A stretch of DNA of 64,000 nt from Carpediemonas membranifera BICM (GCA_019828565.1 JAHDYR010000064.1:372001-436000); one strand, 5' to 3'; positions 31,769-43,162 are shown, counted from the first letter of the stretch. Translations and numbers: made by a program. The notes: generated by a model from the sequence alone, not told the origin.

Positions 31769-33037
31769 AATGCGAGTGGTAGTTATAGCCGAAGAACTCG
31801 TAGTCCTGCATGAGGACGGGCGCGAGAAGCCCCCATAGGTAGAGCCCCGCGGACACCAGCACAGCGACGAGCACGGCGACGGGGACGTACCAGGCGAAGG
31901 TGCCACTGCCGAGGGTGCCGAATGCGACGGGAATGGAGGCCGCTGCCAGGGCGAGTACGAGGTGGAATCGCCAGTAGGGGTACGAGATGTCGGCGCCGGA
32001 CTCGGGATCGTCGTCCTCGCCGGAGTCGTAGCCCTCGAGGTCGTCAGCCTTGAGGTCGGCCTGCGCGAAGAGAGGCTTGAAGGAGACGGTCGACACGCAC
32101 GCCGTGATGATGGCGATGATCAGGAAAACGGCGCCCCAGATGGTGTGCACGAACTTGAAGACGGTGTTGAATAGGGAGCCGAAGATGTAGTTCAGCCAGT
32201 AGTTGTTGAACAGCGACCCGAACTGCAGGGGGCAATAGGACAGGTTGTCGACGGCCACCTTACGGAGGAACGGGTTGATGATGTGTCCCCAGAACTCGGC
32301 GTTCGCGGAGATGGCGACGACAACGAGGAAGGTCAGGAAGAGCGAGATCACGGCCGCGACAAAGACGGAGCCGCGGGCGACGACGGCGGAGACGACCATG
32401 ATAGTGATGACCAGGGCGATGCCGAGGGCGTAAAGGACCCAGACTGGGATGCAGAAGAAGTAAAGGACCGCCGATAGCAGGTACTGAAGGCCAGCAATGA
32501 CTAGCAGCACGACGGAGGCGACGAGCAGGGCGGCCGGGGCAGCCCGCTCCATGATGGCGTTGTTGGCCCGGATGGAGAACTCGGTGAGGAGCAGGGTCTG
32601 GCACACGATGAACCCGACTGTCAGGATGAGGGCTACGGCCATCCAAGCGAACCAGGCGGGGTTGGGGATGAAGATGGTGATGATGTAGAGGATGATGAGG
32701 AGGGGGATCTTGAGCCACCACAGGCGTCTGTGGATGTTCTTGAAGCTGTGTGAGTGCTACAGAGGAGAGGGGGGACGTACATGGTGCTGTTTGCGCTAAA
32801 GTTGGCAGCAAGTGTCAACCACATGAGGATGAAGTGGTAGACGAACAGTGAGAACGATACACGGAGGAGGTGGAAGTATCCAATGGAACTAGACGTGCTG
32901 AAGTAGCACCATGGCGTGTAGATGAGGAATTTCCAGCAGAGCACGCCGCTTATGTGGTCGAGAACGAAGTCTGCGACGACAATCCATAATAGGAAGAGGA
33001 CAAACACAATTGTGTACAAGAATCGAGCGTTTTGCAT
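31767..33037 (-). CDS. Serine incorporator (Serinc/TMS1) family membrane protein; intron 32746-32780
   Basis: ARFLY, LLRVSFSLFVYH, NIHRRLWWLKI after splicing a 35-nt intron, YPYWRFHLVLALA, LYLWGLLAP. Confidence 0.8.
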
Positions 33038-33429
33038 TGTTTGCGATCAGATGTCCAGTTGTCTGGATGGGATCGCGGCCTTGACCCGGGGTCGTATCTA
33101 TTTCGAGCCACCCCCGGCATGGTGTGTGGGCGATGGCAGCAGGTCGGGTGGGCTGAGGGGAGTTGTTAGAGCATTGCAGTGCCCGCAGTTAAGTTGCTCC
33201 AGGCGGTGATCGTGACACTGTAACCGGACAGACCTTCATCCGGCGTTGATGACGGCCTCAGCCCACCACGCGTCCTCAGAGAAACTTCATTGACTCAAGA
33301 ACTTCGCCTGGCACGCCCCCGCACGAGGCTGAGGTCGGTTTCATGTTCATAACGGCGCTACTTTGCTCGGGCTTGAACGGCCTCCCCTTCCTCCCACAAT
33401 CGCACTTTAAGAATGCTTTATGATTCCGG

Positions 33430-34140
33430 TTAGTCGCGGGTGAACTCGGCCATGAAGCGCTTCTGGTTGAGGCGCCCGCTCATGCCCTTCTTGACGAGCT
33501 TCAGGCCGGACTTCTCGAAGACGGCGACCTCCTCAGCAAAGCGGACAGCGTCGACGTGGTGCTGGGGCTCCGTGAGGACGAGGGTGCCCTTGGGCTTAAG
33601 GCAGCTGATGAGCTGATCGGCGAAGTGCTGCTTCTCGGCCGCAGGGACCTCGTGGAACATCAGGAAAACGGGAATGAAATCCACGATGCCCTCAAGGTCC
33701 TCGACGCCGAGTGAGGTGGCCGTGCAGACGCGCGTCTCGACGGTGAGCTTCTTCTCTTTCATCCTGGCCTCCAGGCCCTTGATCATCTCGGGCTGGATGT
33801 CCACAGCGATATAGCGGCTCGCCTTACGGGCGAAGTACTGGGTAAAGAAGCCCTGGGCGGGGCCGATTTCGAGGACGACGCCGTTGTTCTTGGGAATGTA
33901 CTTCATGAATTGGCGCGGTGGCTCCAGGAAGCGGCGACCGGGATGGAGGAGATGATTGGCCATATGTGATGGCATGACGCTTCCCTCCTTGCCCGGAACG
34001 TGGCCGTGGTGGTGGTGATGATGATGATCATGCTCCTCTGCGGCCTTCTTGCAGTTGTCGCAATCGTGCTTGCAGTCCTTGCATTCGTGAGTCTTTTCAG
34101 CCTTCTTTTCATCCTTGGACCTCCAGAACGGCATAGTCAT
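33430..34140 (-). CDS. Class I SAM-dependent methyltransferase with a Cys/His-rich N-terminus
   Basis: VLEIGPAQGFFT, AVDIQPEMI, MFHEV, LKPKG; CKDCKHDCDNC and an HDHHHHHHH tract. Confidence 0.85.
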   Translation of the reverse strand: MTMPFWRSKDEKKAEKTHECKDCKHDCDNCKKAAEEHDHHHHHHHGHVPGKEGSVMPSHMANHLLHPGRRFLEPPRQFMKYIPKNNGVVLEIGPAQGFFTQYFARKASRYIAVDIQPEMIKGLEARMKEKKLTVETRVCTATSLGVEDLEGIVDFIPVFLMFHEVPAAEKQHFADQLISCLKPKGTLVLTEPQHHVDAVRFAEEVAVFEKSGLKLVKKGMSGRLNQKRFMAEFTRD

Positions 34141-34283
34141 TGTTCAAAATTCTCTCGTCGTTGTTGTTGCCAAGGTCGCGCGCCATTTTTGACTCTGGCG
34201 AATCTCCGACAATGCCCTCATCTGGCCGAGAACCCCGGTCCCGAGCTTTGGAGGCTTCATCTTTATTACAGTCAGGCGCCCGG

Positions 34284-35453
34284 CTAGGTCCCAAGCTCGT
34301 GGCTGAGGGCCGCCTTCAGGTCGTCCAGCTCCTTGTTGATGGTGTCCAGCCTGTCGGGCAGTCTGGTGCTGTCGAGGACACCTGACCGGGACTGAACGCC
34401 CTCGCTCACCGCCCTCGAGGCCTGCATCGGCGACGACTGCCGGTCCATCCCGGGGATCTCTGGTGGCAGCGGCGGGGCAGTCGCGAAGCTCTGGCTGTGA
34501 ACGAAGTCTGCCACCATTCTCGAGTGCTCTCGGTAGCCCTCCCTGATGGTCGACAGCAGCTGCTCACACTCGTTCAACGAACGCCGGTCAGCCTCATGGC
34601 GCCGCCTCTGGTCCTCGAGCTCCTGCTGCACATCCAGCCTGCCCCGCTCGGACTCTTCCAGCTCGACTTCAAGCCGCTTGACCTTATTCTGCGCGGCGAC
34701 AAGCTCAGTGTGCTGGGCGTTTGTGATGGACTGCAGTGATTGAACCTGGTCTCTGAGCGTCTCCATGAACGAGCCGACGTTACGGTCCCGCCCCTCCGTC
34801 TCCTGCCGCAGCCGCCCGATCTCGACGCTCTGGTCGGCTATAGTGCGCCGGGCCGTGGCCAGAGCAGTCTCTAGCACCGTAGCCCTGTCTTCGGGCGGCG
34901 GGGCCCGGCCGGGGACGTCGCACTCATCAATGAGCTCCTCCAACAACCGCACGGCAGCCCCCAAGACCGACTTCGACTGGGGGGTCGTCTCCAGCGACGT
35001 CACAGCGGTCTTCGCGGACTCAGCGATGGCCCTGATGCGGCGCGTCTGCTTCTCCTTCGTGCCGTTCATCGTCTCGACCCGCTTGGCCAGCCGCCTCGTC
35101 TTCGAGTGGATCTCGGTCAGCTCCTGCTCGGCAGCGTCCTTGGTATTCGCAAGCTGCTTCTCTAGCGAGGATACTCTCCGTTGGAGCGCCGTGGCCCGTG
35201 CTTTAGCGGCCTTTGTCTCCTCGGTCCGTTTTGATACCACGACTTCGAGTGCCTTCTCCCGATTTTTCCGCTTCTCGTGCTCTTTCTGTAGCCGTACAAG
35301 CTCATTCGTCGCATATGACAGCCTCATGGACGTTGTCGAGCGAGGACCAGACCGCTTCCCCCGGTATTCGTCATAGTTCGCCATGATCGACTCTCCTAGG
35401 CTATCGAGCGCGTCAAGACACTCAGAACGGTGCTTTGGAGCATTTGCTTTCAT
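34284..35453 (-). CDS. Coiled-coil protein of unknown function
   Basis: Long heptad-rich ORF; start uncertain. Confidence 0.65.
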   Translation of the reverse strand: MKANAPKHRSECLDALDSLGESIMANYDEYRGKRSGPRSTTSMRLSYATNELVRLQKEHEKRKNREKALEVVVSKRTEETKAAKARATALQRRVSSLEKQLANTKDAAEQELTEIHSKTRRLAKRVETMNGTKEKQTRRIRAIAESAKTAVTSLETTPQSKSVLGAAVRLLEELIDECDVPGRAPPPEDRATVLETALATARRTIADQSVEIGRLRQETEGRDRNVGSFMETLRDQVQSLQSITNAQHTELVAAQNKVKRLEVELEESERGRLDVQQELEDQRRRHEADRRSLNECEQLLSTIREGYREHSRMVADFVHSQSFATAPPLPPEIPGMDRQSSPMQASRAVSEGVQSRSGVLDSTRLPDRLDTINKELDDLKAALSHELGT

Positions 35454-35769
35454 GCCTACTTGTCTTGTTCTCCCGTTCCTATTGAGGAGAATGTGCACTT
35501 TTGGAACAATTTCCTGTGCTGGGCTTGCAGTTCGCTGAGCATACAACACCGTCTGTAGCATACGGAGGGCTGGGGTAGTAATTGATACAGCCGAGTAAGA
35601 GACAGTGCGGCACCTCGGTCGACCTGGCCACATCAATACTCAGCTGCCTGAGGACAAACGGCCAAGGATCACAAGAACCCTGCATACAAGAAGTATCGGC
35701 ATTCCTCCTCCTTCTACTATTTCCCTTCGCTTTACCCATGCCGTCAACTCCGCAGGTTAGCGCAACGGC

Positions 35770-37519
35770 ATGATGGCGGACTTTGTCGCGGAGACCTTAT
35801 TGATCCACTGGCATCGTAACGGCGTCAACTCCGTCGCTTTCAGTCATGGACGGCTCGTTACATGCGGGAATGACCATCAAACACGTGTATGTCTCTTTTG
35901 CCAATCTCACACAGCTCTGGAAGGTGACAAACTCGCCAACAGCCAAGACCCAGCACTTCAACGTGGAGCAGGTTGGTGTTCTATCGGGTGCTGGTCTTGG
36001 ATCTGCATCCACGAAGGGCCATTCGAAGTCCGTCAACACCGTCCGCCTTTCCCCCGACGGCACAATGCTGGCGACTTGCTCCGACGACCAGACCATCCGC
36101 ATATGGCAGCGCATGTCCGCCGCTGAGGAGGCCGAGGTTGTTGCCCGTAGAGCAAAGGAAGAGGCCGAGGCCGAAGAGGACGAGGAGATGCTGGACGACG
36201 CCGGCGAGGAACAGGTCGCCGAGTACTGGAAGCAGATCAAGGCGTTCGCATACACCCCGCCCGGCCTTAAGGTGCACGAAAAGACTGGCGGGATGATGAC
36301 AGCGGAGGTCATGGACCTGAGCTGGGGCCCCGACTCGTGCCACCTCGTCGTCTCCACCGTCCGGAACGCCTGCATGCTTATCAGATTCAACGAGTGCGAC
36401 AACAAGAAGAGGTCCGGCGGCTTCGACGCGATGATACAGAAGTCGTACCAGTTCCCCGGACTATGCCAGGGGGCCGCGTGGGACCCCATCGGCCGTTTCA
36501 TCGTCACGCAGGGGGCCTCGTCGCAGCTTAAGGTCTGGGCTGTCCGGGTATCCGGCAAGACCAAGCGGGAGACCACCGTGCGGGACGGCGAGACCTGGCG
36601 TACGAACCGGAGGCTCGCGGACATGGACATCGGCTGCATCGTGGCCAAGGTCCAGCCAGATCAGATCCTGCCAGCCACAGATATCGACTGTATTCGCCCG
36701 ATCTGGACCGAGGTTGACCAGCCGATGGCGCTGTTCAAGCACGCTATCCTCTTCAAGGACCAGGTCGGTAAGGACCTCGGCCACCTCGTCTTCTTCCGCA
36801 GACCCGCATGGACCCCGGACGGCGCCTTCTTCATCGCCGTATCGGCGCAGTTCCCCGTGCCGGTGCCCGACTCCGCCGGCGAGGTGGGCGTCGTGTTCCG
36901 GGACTGCGCGGCCGTCTTCACCCGCGACTCCCTCGAAGCCCACGTCAGGGCGAAGAAGTCGCGCGCCAAGACGCCCATAACCCCGCCGCCCGTCACGCCG
37001 GTGGCTCTGCTGCCGTCGTCCGAACCCGTCATCGCCGCGGCGGCCCACCCGAGACTGTTCAAGGGGCCCAATGGCCTCTTCTCCGTCGTCGCCGTGGCCT
37101 CACTGGGCGACGTCACCGTCTACAGGTCGGATAGTTGGACGCCCATCGCCACACTCGCTAACACCCACCAGACACCTATCACCGACCTCGCCTGGGACGA
37201 CGCAGACGCCCCCATGCTTGCTGTCTCCTCGACTGACGGTTTCGTGACTCTAGCGCAGTTTAAGGCAGGGTCATTCGGAGAGTTTGCCGCAGAGGAGGAG
37301 ATCCCCGCGCACATGCGGCCCGGCTACGACTTCGAGCTGGAGCTGGTCAAGGAGGAGAAGGAGGAGGCTCGGCCCGAGGGCGCTGTGTCACCCGGGCCTG
37401 CCTCCCCTGTGCCTCCGTCCGCGGCGGTCTCGCCCGCGGTGACCCCAGCAGCAGCCCCAACCCCGGCCCCGGCGAGGTCGAAGAGGGCGAGGGTGGCGGT
37501 TGAGCACATACCCGAGTGA
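35770..37519 (+). CDS. CHAF1B: Chromatin assembly factor 1 subunit B (Cac2/p60)-like WD40 protein; intron 35887-35914
   Basis: IHWH, GHSKSVNTVRLSPDG, QGAAWDP, FFRRPAWTPDG, ITDLAW, SSTDG; 28-nt intron restores the frame. Confidence 0.8.
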
Positions 37520-38146
37520 AGGTCATGTTTGATAAAGAAGCGCGCTGTATCTGCGGTTATCCTGACCCAAGGTCGGCACTCTGCACTGACATCACGAGGC
37601 TAGCATTCCAGTGATTCATACTCGTGCCCGGTGTCACGAGCTCCTGTCCGGGTCGAATTTAGTGGCACTGCAAAAGATCGACCCAGGTGCTAGCGGGTCG
37701 ACAAGCATGTGTTCACCGACACCCTGGCGCAAGCAACATCAACTTCGTCTTCAATCGCAGTCTGGCGAGAGTTACATCCAATGTTTGCTGACCCGCAGAA
37801 GCGTTGTATTACGAAGCTGGCTCAGTGAAGTGAGCAGAGAAGCCTCAACATAAATCCAACTGATGAAGTTTCGTCGCGCAGAGTTGCAATGGTCGGTCGA
37901 TGACCTGGGATGACCTGCAAGTGGCGTCATTCATGAGGCATCTAGGGAGAACTAGTGTGCTGGGTTCACAAGGTCACCCCAACTCACACCGACCATGGGT
38001 GTTTCAGGCGACTTACGCGAGCAGGATAGATACAGGGCAGTATAACGAAGTATTAAGCACTTGACTTAGCGTTGTTTACGGGGGGCTCATGCAATTTGCT
38101 AAGCCGTCAGTTTGTGCCGCGCAGGATTAGAATTGTTAAGAACCTT

Positions 38147-38897
38147 GTTGCGCAGTGTAAACACATTGTTCGAACCTCCAGACAGGGCCTGAAAGGAACG
38201 ATCAAAGTGCCAAACTGCACAACATCATCCGTCAGCAGACGAATGTTGGCGGTTAGCCAATTGATGATGCTGGAATGATGTTGGAAGGCGCGGGATCGAT
38301 GTGCGACTGAACGGAGAGCCACTGAGCTCATCTTCCGTGGCAAGAGAACGCCACAGGATGTTCTCTGCAGCACTCTTGTCCCGATGATCAACATTCAGAG
38401 CATCAGGAACTGTTGCGCGCCACTGAGCACCACGGCACTGTGGATTTTCGCAGAGCATCACACGATGTGGGTGAACGTGCTGGTCATCACGCGGACGAAC
38501 TCGCTTGTAGGGGGCGTGGTAGTGAGGGCAGACGACGGTGGTGCGGTCCTCGTTAACCATGTTAAGATCGACGACAATGTTATACCTCTTGAGAAGGGGA
38601 ACTATCTCTCTCGCGAACTTTCGATATGACGCGCAAGGAATGAACATACCAGCAGGCTTGGTGAATCCCGAGCTCCCGTAGAAGACTTTCAGGCGAATGG
38701 GGGTGGCGATGGGATGGTGATGAGACGACGTGTGAGCGATTGTGAAGTTTGCAGCTGTGCTGACGTCCACGAAGAAGACGCTTTGTGGAAGCCCTGGAGA
38801 AGACGATCTCCCTACCGACTTAAGACGTGAGTAGGAGGGAGACAGGGCAGTGTTGCGCAGTGTAAACACATTGTTTGACCCTTCAATAGCACAAACC
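38147..38897. mobile_element. Element A: non-autonomous element carrying a Fanzor fragment, with ~34-bp terminal direct repeats and a 10-bp flanking duplication
   Basis: Direct repeats 38147-38180 and 38852-38885 (31/34 identical); TAAGAACCTT at 38137-38146 and 38898-38907; 38770-38875 matches the reverse complement of 52016-52121 at 104/106. Confidence 0.8.
38225..38769 (-). pseudogene. C-terminal half of a Fanzor/TnpB-like RuvC nuclease (RuvC-II, zinc finger, RuvC-III)
   Basis: VFYGSSGF, MVNEDRTTVVCPHY (RuvC-II Glu; CxxC degenerated to CxxY), CENPQC, HRDKSAAENIL (RuvC-III RDxNAAxNI pattern); RuvC-I and N-terminus missing. Confidence 0.8.
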
Positions 38898-38926
38898 TAA
38901 GAACCTTAAACTGCACATGCTGAGAA

Positions 38927-39774
38927 ATGTCCGAGCCTAAAACAGAGCCCCAAGAGCAGAGTGTGTCGCTTGACATTGGTAAGGATCTTTTAGATACCCC
39001 TATGATGATCGTGAATGTACCAAAGAAGCTCTCAGACTATTGGATGGCGATAGCAAAGGAGTCATCGGCAGAGCACCCCGATGGAGGCCAGCCGATCCAT
39101 ATTGGCAACATGTATGTCCATTCTATCCAAAATAATTACTAAGTACCGGTGTCAACACAGCCAATATGAACATCCCGACCGAGATGGCCGTCAAGGTCAA
39201 GGGAAAGGCTCACAAGTGTCTCGTGCAGCCGCCTCGGATGAAGACCAAGCCCTCCATGGTCGGGCATTTTGTCAAGAACAAGCGCGTGTCCTTCGTTGCG
39301 CCTGTACACGAGCGTGCGACCCTCCGCTTTGTCAGCGGCATGCCCGAGATTCCTGCAACCTCCAGTGCCCCGACGACCGGCTTCCTCACCGCAGAGGAGA
39401 CCGCGGAGCTCGAGCGGCGTCGCAAGGCTTTCGAGTTGCCCGAGTACGGCGGCCCCGTGGCGGCTCCCGAGGGTGGGTACGCCCCCCGCCGGGCCCAGCC
39501 TGCGCCCACGAAGGCAGCTGTGCGGAGAGTTCGGTCAGCAGAGGCGGAGTTCACGAGTCGCTTCCACCGGGCCTTTACGGAGAAGGAGGAGTGGAGCCAG
39601 GACGATCTCGACGAGTACCTGGCGTCGATCAACGACGGCACGTACGAGACCCTCGACCACCTCAGGACGAAGCTACGGGAGTTGTGTCTATTCGCGGCAG
39701 AGACCAAGACGTGGAGCCTCAAGCCGGAGTACCGGATTGCTCGGCGGGAAGTCGGCGTCAAGGGCGAGCAGTGA
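38927..39774 (+). CDS. GTF2F2: Transcription factor IIF beta subunit (RAP30/Tfg2); intron 39112-39143
   Basis: MIVNVPKKLSDYW N-terminus; winged helix ending KTWSLKPEYR; 32-nt intron joins the two ORFs in frame. Confidence 0.8.
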
Positions 39775-40015
39775 ACGCTAGGGTTGTAAACGACACCGCA
39801 TCAATGGGATCATAGGAGTGCGGGAGCAATTCAAGGGATGCGAGACATATCATCCTGACGAGCATGGTAGTGATCATGGCCTTTGATTGCTTGGTCGACC
39901 CATGTTTTGGGGCGGAAATGGCAGAAATCAAATACATCTTGCACATGCACAGTTACATGTGTAGCCAGTCGATGCGGAGTCAGACGGCCACTGGTGTTAT
40001 GGCCACATAAATGGC

Positions 40016-41548
40016 ATGCAGCACTCCGAGATGGGCGAAGAACTTCCACCGCTGCTTAAGCAGACCGCAGAGAAGGTGGCTGAAGGAGATTATATGTACA
40101 AAATAGGATACCTTCGCGGAAAAGTCGCCAACAGGCCCGAATTCGCCTTTATGAACGAAACGGACCCTTTGTACGGCCACTTCATGGCTATGGTCATGCG
40201 GATCCGCAATCCAGTTGAAGAAGCGAAGGAGGAGCCCGTTGTCGAGGCTACTGCCAAGGCGGTGCGCTCATTAGAGTGGGTCACGCCGCACCCGGTCATG
40301 ACGAAGAGACAGCGCATGAGACTCCACTACACCGCACAGAACGTCGCGGTGAACGGCCAGTCGTTTTTGGACTTCTTGTGCTCTCGTCACGACCCAGATC
40401 ACGCCTTCCTCCAGCCGACAGACACGCTTAACCCGCACTTCGTCGCGCTGGTGAGGCAATACGCTAAGCTGCTGGGCACCACACCATTCACAGACACGCT
40501 AGGGCTCTCAGAGACGGCAGAGCAGACCGTATCAGCCCAGCGCTGCGTCTTCCTCGAGAAATGCCAGGCGCGGGCCGACGCCGACTCGATCGTTCGCGCG
40601 AGAGACGCCGCTGCTCGGGAGTACCAGGCCCGTAAGGCGGACATGGAGGTCGACTGGGCCGACATCGTGGTGGTAGACACGCTTGCCTTCCCCCCCGAGG
40701 AGATCCCCGCGCTGCCCCTCGCCATGGACACGCCTGCCGTCAGGGACGTCGGGGTCCTCCCCACTCTCAGAGGCGACATCGACATGAAGAGCAGAGAGGA
40801 GGCTGCCGCTGCTGAGCAGGCCCAGACCCGGGCTGAGGCTGAGAAGAACCAGCGGCTGCGGGCCCGGCTCCCCGCTGGGATGTCGGGCGCCGTGGTGCGC
40901 GGAGCGATGGGCAGCACGGCCCGGGCATCCACTGCAACTATTGAGTGCCCCGTGTGCGGGCGGATGGTCCGGGCGGACGGCTTCTCGGACCATATCAGAC
41001 ACGAGGTCGCAAACCACACCAGAGACGCCGAGCTGAAGAAAATGCTCGGCGAGAAGAGGTTTGCTCAGGCACAGCAGGGCCAAATCGACGTCAATGCGGT
41101 CGTAGCAGACATCCTGGCAGCCCGCCCCGAGCTGGGCAGCGGTGTGGCCCCGGCCCCTGTTGCCGTCGTCCGGCCGGCCTTGGGGGTGAGCCTGGCCGAC
41201 TCGCAGCTGGAGTCGAAGCGGGCTCCGGATGACATACCGGCGCCGGGTTCCGGCACTGTGGTTGAGGTGACGTTCCTCGAAAAGGACGTCCCGCCTGCAG
41301 TTTTAGGAGAGCCCGCGTGGGACCGCATCAAGGGTTCGACCCAGGCGCTCAAGTTTACTGGCCCTGTCACCGTTGGTAGCGTCATTGGGCGCGTTGCCGC
41401 GGAATTTAACATCCCCGAGAACGTCCTGAAGAACCGCTTCCGCAACAAGGCCGACGACAAGTTCCTCAAGGGCGAGGACGAGGAGCTGAGCAACGGGATG
41501 CGGCTCGAGTTGGTGTTCAAGGCACCAAGGCGCCGTGGAAAGCGGTGA
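40016..41548 (+). CDS. SF3A1: Splicing factor SF3A1/Prp21
   Basis: Two SURP domains (TAEKVA..FAFM, TAQNVAVNG..FL), VDWADIVVVDTL, CPVCG..HIRHE, UBL-like C-terminus. Confidence 0.8.
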   Translation: MQHSEMGEELPPLLKQTAEKVAEGDYMYKIGYLRGKVANRPEFAFMNETDPLYGHFMAMVMRIRNPVEEAKEEPVVEATAKAVRSLEWVTPHPVMTKRQRMRLHYTAQNVAVNGQSFLDFLCSRHDPDHAFLQPTDTLNPHFVALVRQYAKLLGTTPFTDTLGLSETAEQTVSAQRCVFLEKCQARADADSIVRARDAAAREYQARKADMEVDWADIVVVDTLAFPPEEIPALPLAMDTPAVRDVGVLPTLRGDIDMKSREEAAAAEQAQTRAEAEKNQRLRARLPAGMSGAVVRGAMGSTARASTATIECPVCGRMVRADGFSDHIRHEVANHTRDAELKKMLGEKRFAQAQQGQIDVNAVVADILAARPELGSGVAPAPVAVVRPALGVSLADSQLESKRAPDDIPAPGSGTVVEVTFLEKDVPPAVLGEPAWDRIKGSTQALKFTGPVTVGSVIGRVAAEFNIPENVLKNRFRNKADDKFLKGEDEELSNGMRLELVFKAPRRRGKR

Positions 41549-41782
41549 GGGGACGGTGTCATCACAGCTGACATCGCTAAATAATGTTCACGTCACATTC
41601 TGTTGACGGTTGTAGTTATGTGTCAATATGGGCCCGAGCAAGGATCATGGAGGCAACCTCATCGTTGTGATGACGATCAAGGGCCAGATCTCAGAGATCG
41701 TCATCGGCCATCAAAACTTGGAAGTAGCTCCGAGCAGAAAAGTGGACAAGAGATCACAGAATTTGGACTCAGACAATCAAAC

Positions 41783-43162
41783 ATGAGATTCGTCGTAGTT
41801 TTTGCGTTCCTTTTGGTATCGCTTGTCCAGCTTTCATGGACACTTTCTGAATACGACGAAATCTCAAAGAGCGAGGCGGCCGATTTTGCCCAAGCACTGC
41901 GCGAATCCAACGACGGCGTGCTCCATCCGATCTTGTTTGTTCCCGGCCTTTTTGGCAGTCGCCTTGAATGGAAGCTCGACGGCAAGGACGACGAGAACCT
42001 CGCCTGCTCGCACTCGACCAAGGGCAAGTATGACCAGTTCTGGATCACGATACCCGACATGCTGCCCTTCGAGGATAGCTGCTGGATCCGTAAGAACAAG
42101 CTCGGCCTCACCGCGGAGGGGCACACCATCCCCCAGCCCGGCGTCGACGTCCGGCCCGCCCACTGGCCGCTCGTCCGGTCCGTCGAGTATCTCACGGACA
42201 CCGTGGGCTTCAAGGAGCTCGCCAAGTACGCCCACAACTTCTTCCAGCTGCTCCGCGGCATGGGATACACGGACAACGTCAACATTCTCGCCCACCCATA
42301 TGACTTCAGAGCATCGCCCATCGATTACTTCGACCCGAGCACCGGCGTCCTCGACAAGTTCGCAGGTCTCGTGGAGCACATGTACGCCACCAACGGGAAC
42401 ACGCCCGTCGTCCTGGTCGGGCACAGCATGGGCGTGCTTGTCGCGACGCTCTGCCTCGGCCACCAGACACAGGAGTGGAAGGACAAGTATATTCACCAGG
42501 CGGTATTCGCCGGCGGGCCCCTTGGCGGTGCCCCTGACCTCGTGGGCGCGGTAATCAACGCCCCCGGCGAGTTCCCGCTTGTCCCTCCGGTGTACGCCAG
42601 CGAGAGCACGTTTGTCCCCGCCCTCCAGACATGTATGTAACTTTCGATCCAATCTTACCCAGGGTGTGGCGGTATCTGGCTTGCCCCCGACAGCTCCCTC
42701 CTGACCGAGGACAACCTCCTCATCAAGCACGACGGCAAGGACTATAAGCTCAGCGACATGGATGAGTTCCTCCGTACAGCAGCCGCTGCCGAGCCAGCCG
42801 TCGCCCGCTGCTTTGAGAAGACCCGCGGCCTGTTCACTGAGCAGTGCGAGAACGACTGCGCCCCCGGTGTCGACCTGACGATCCTGTACGGCACCTCGTT
42901 CAAAACGAACGCCCAGTACGAGCTCATCAAGGGCGAGTTCGGGCAGCCCCTGAAGGACCTCAAGGCCAAGGTCACCGGCCACGTCATCGGCGACGGGACT
43001 GTCCCCATGGACTCTGCCCTGACCCTCCCCCGCCGCTGGGAGGCCTCCGGTAACAACGGGCACCCTATCAAGTTCATCGAGGTCCTTAACGTGAAGCATA
43101 ACGATCTTGTTTGCAGCTCTGCCGGCGCTAAGACCCTGTTTAAGGCAATTTTTGGCCAGTAA
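41783..43162 (+). CDS. LCAT/lysosomal phospholipase A2-like secreted acyltransferase; intron 42633-42662
   Basis: Signal peptide, VPGLFGSRL, HPYDFR, GHSMG, GDGTVP, catalytic His region; 30-nt intron removes an in-frame TAA. Confidence 0.88.

Noticed and set aside
38147-38885. ~34-bp direct repeats as a CRISPR array
   Set aside because: Only two copies about 700 bp apart, in a eukaryotic context
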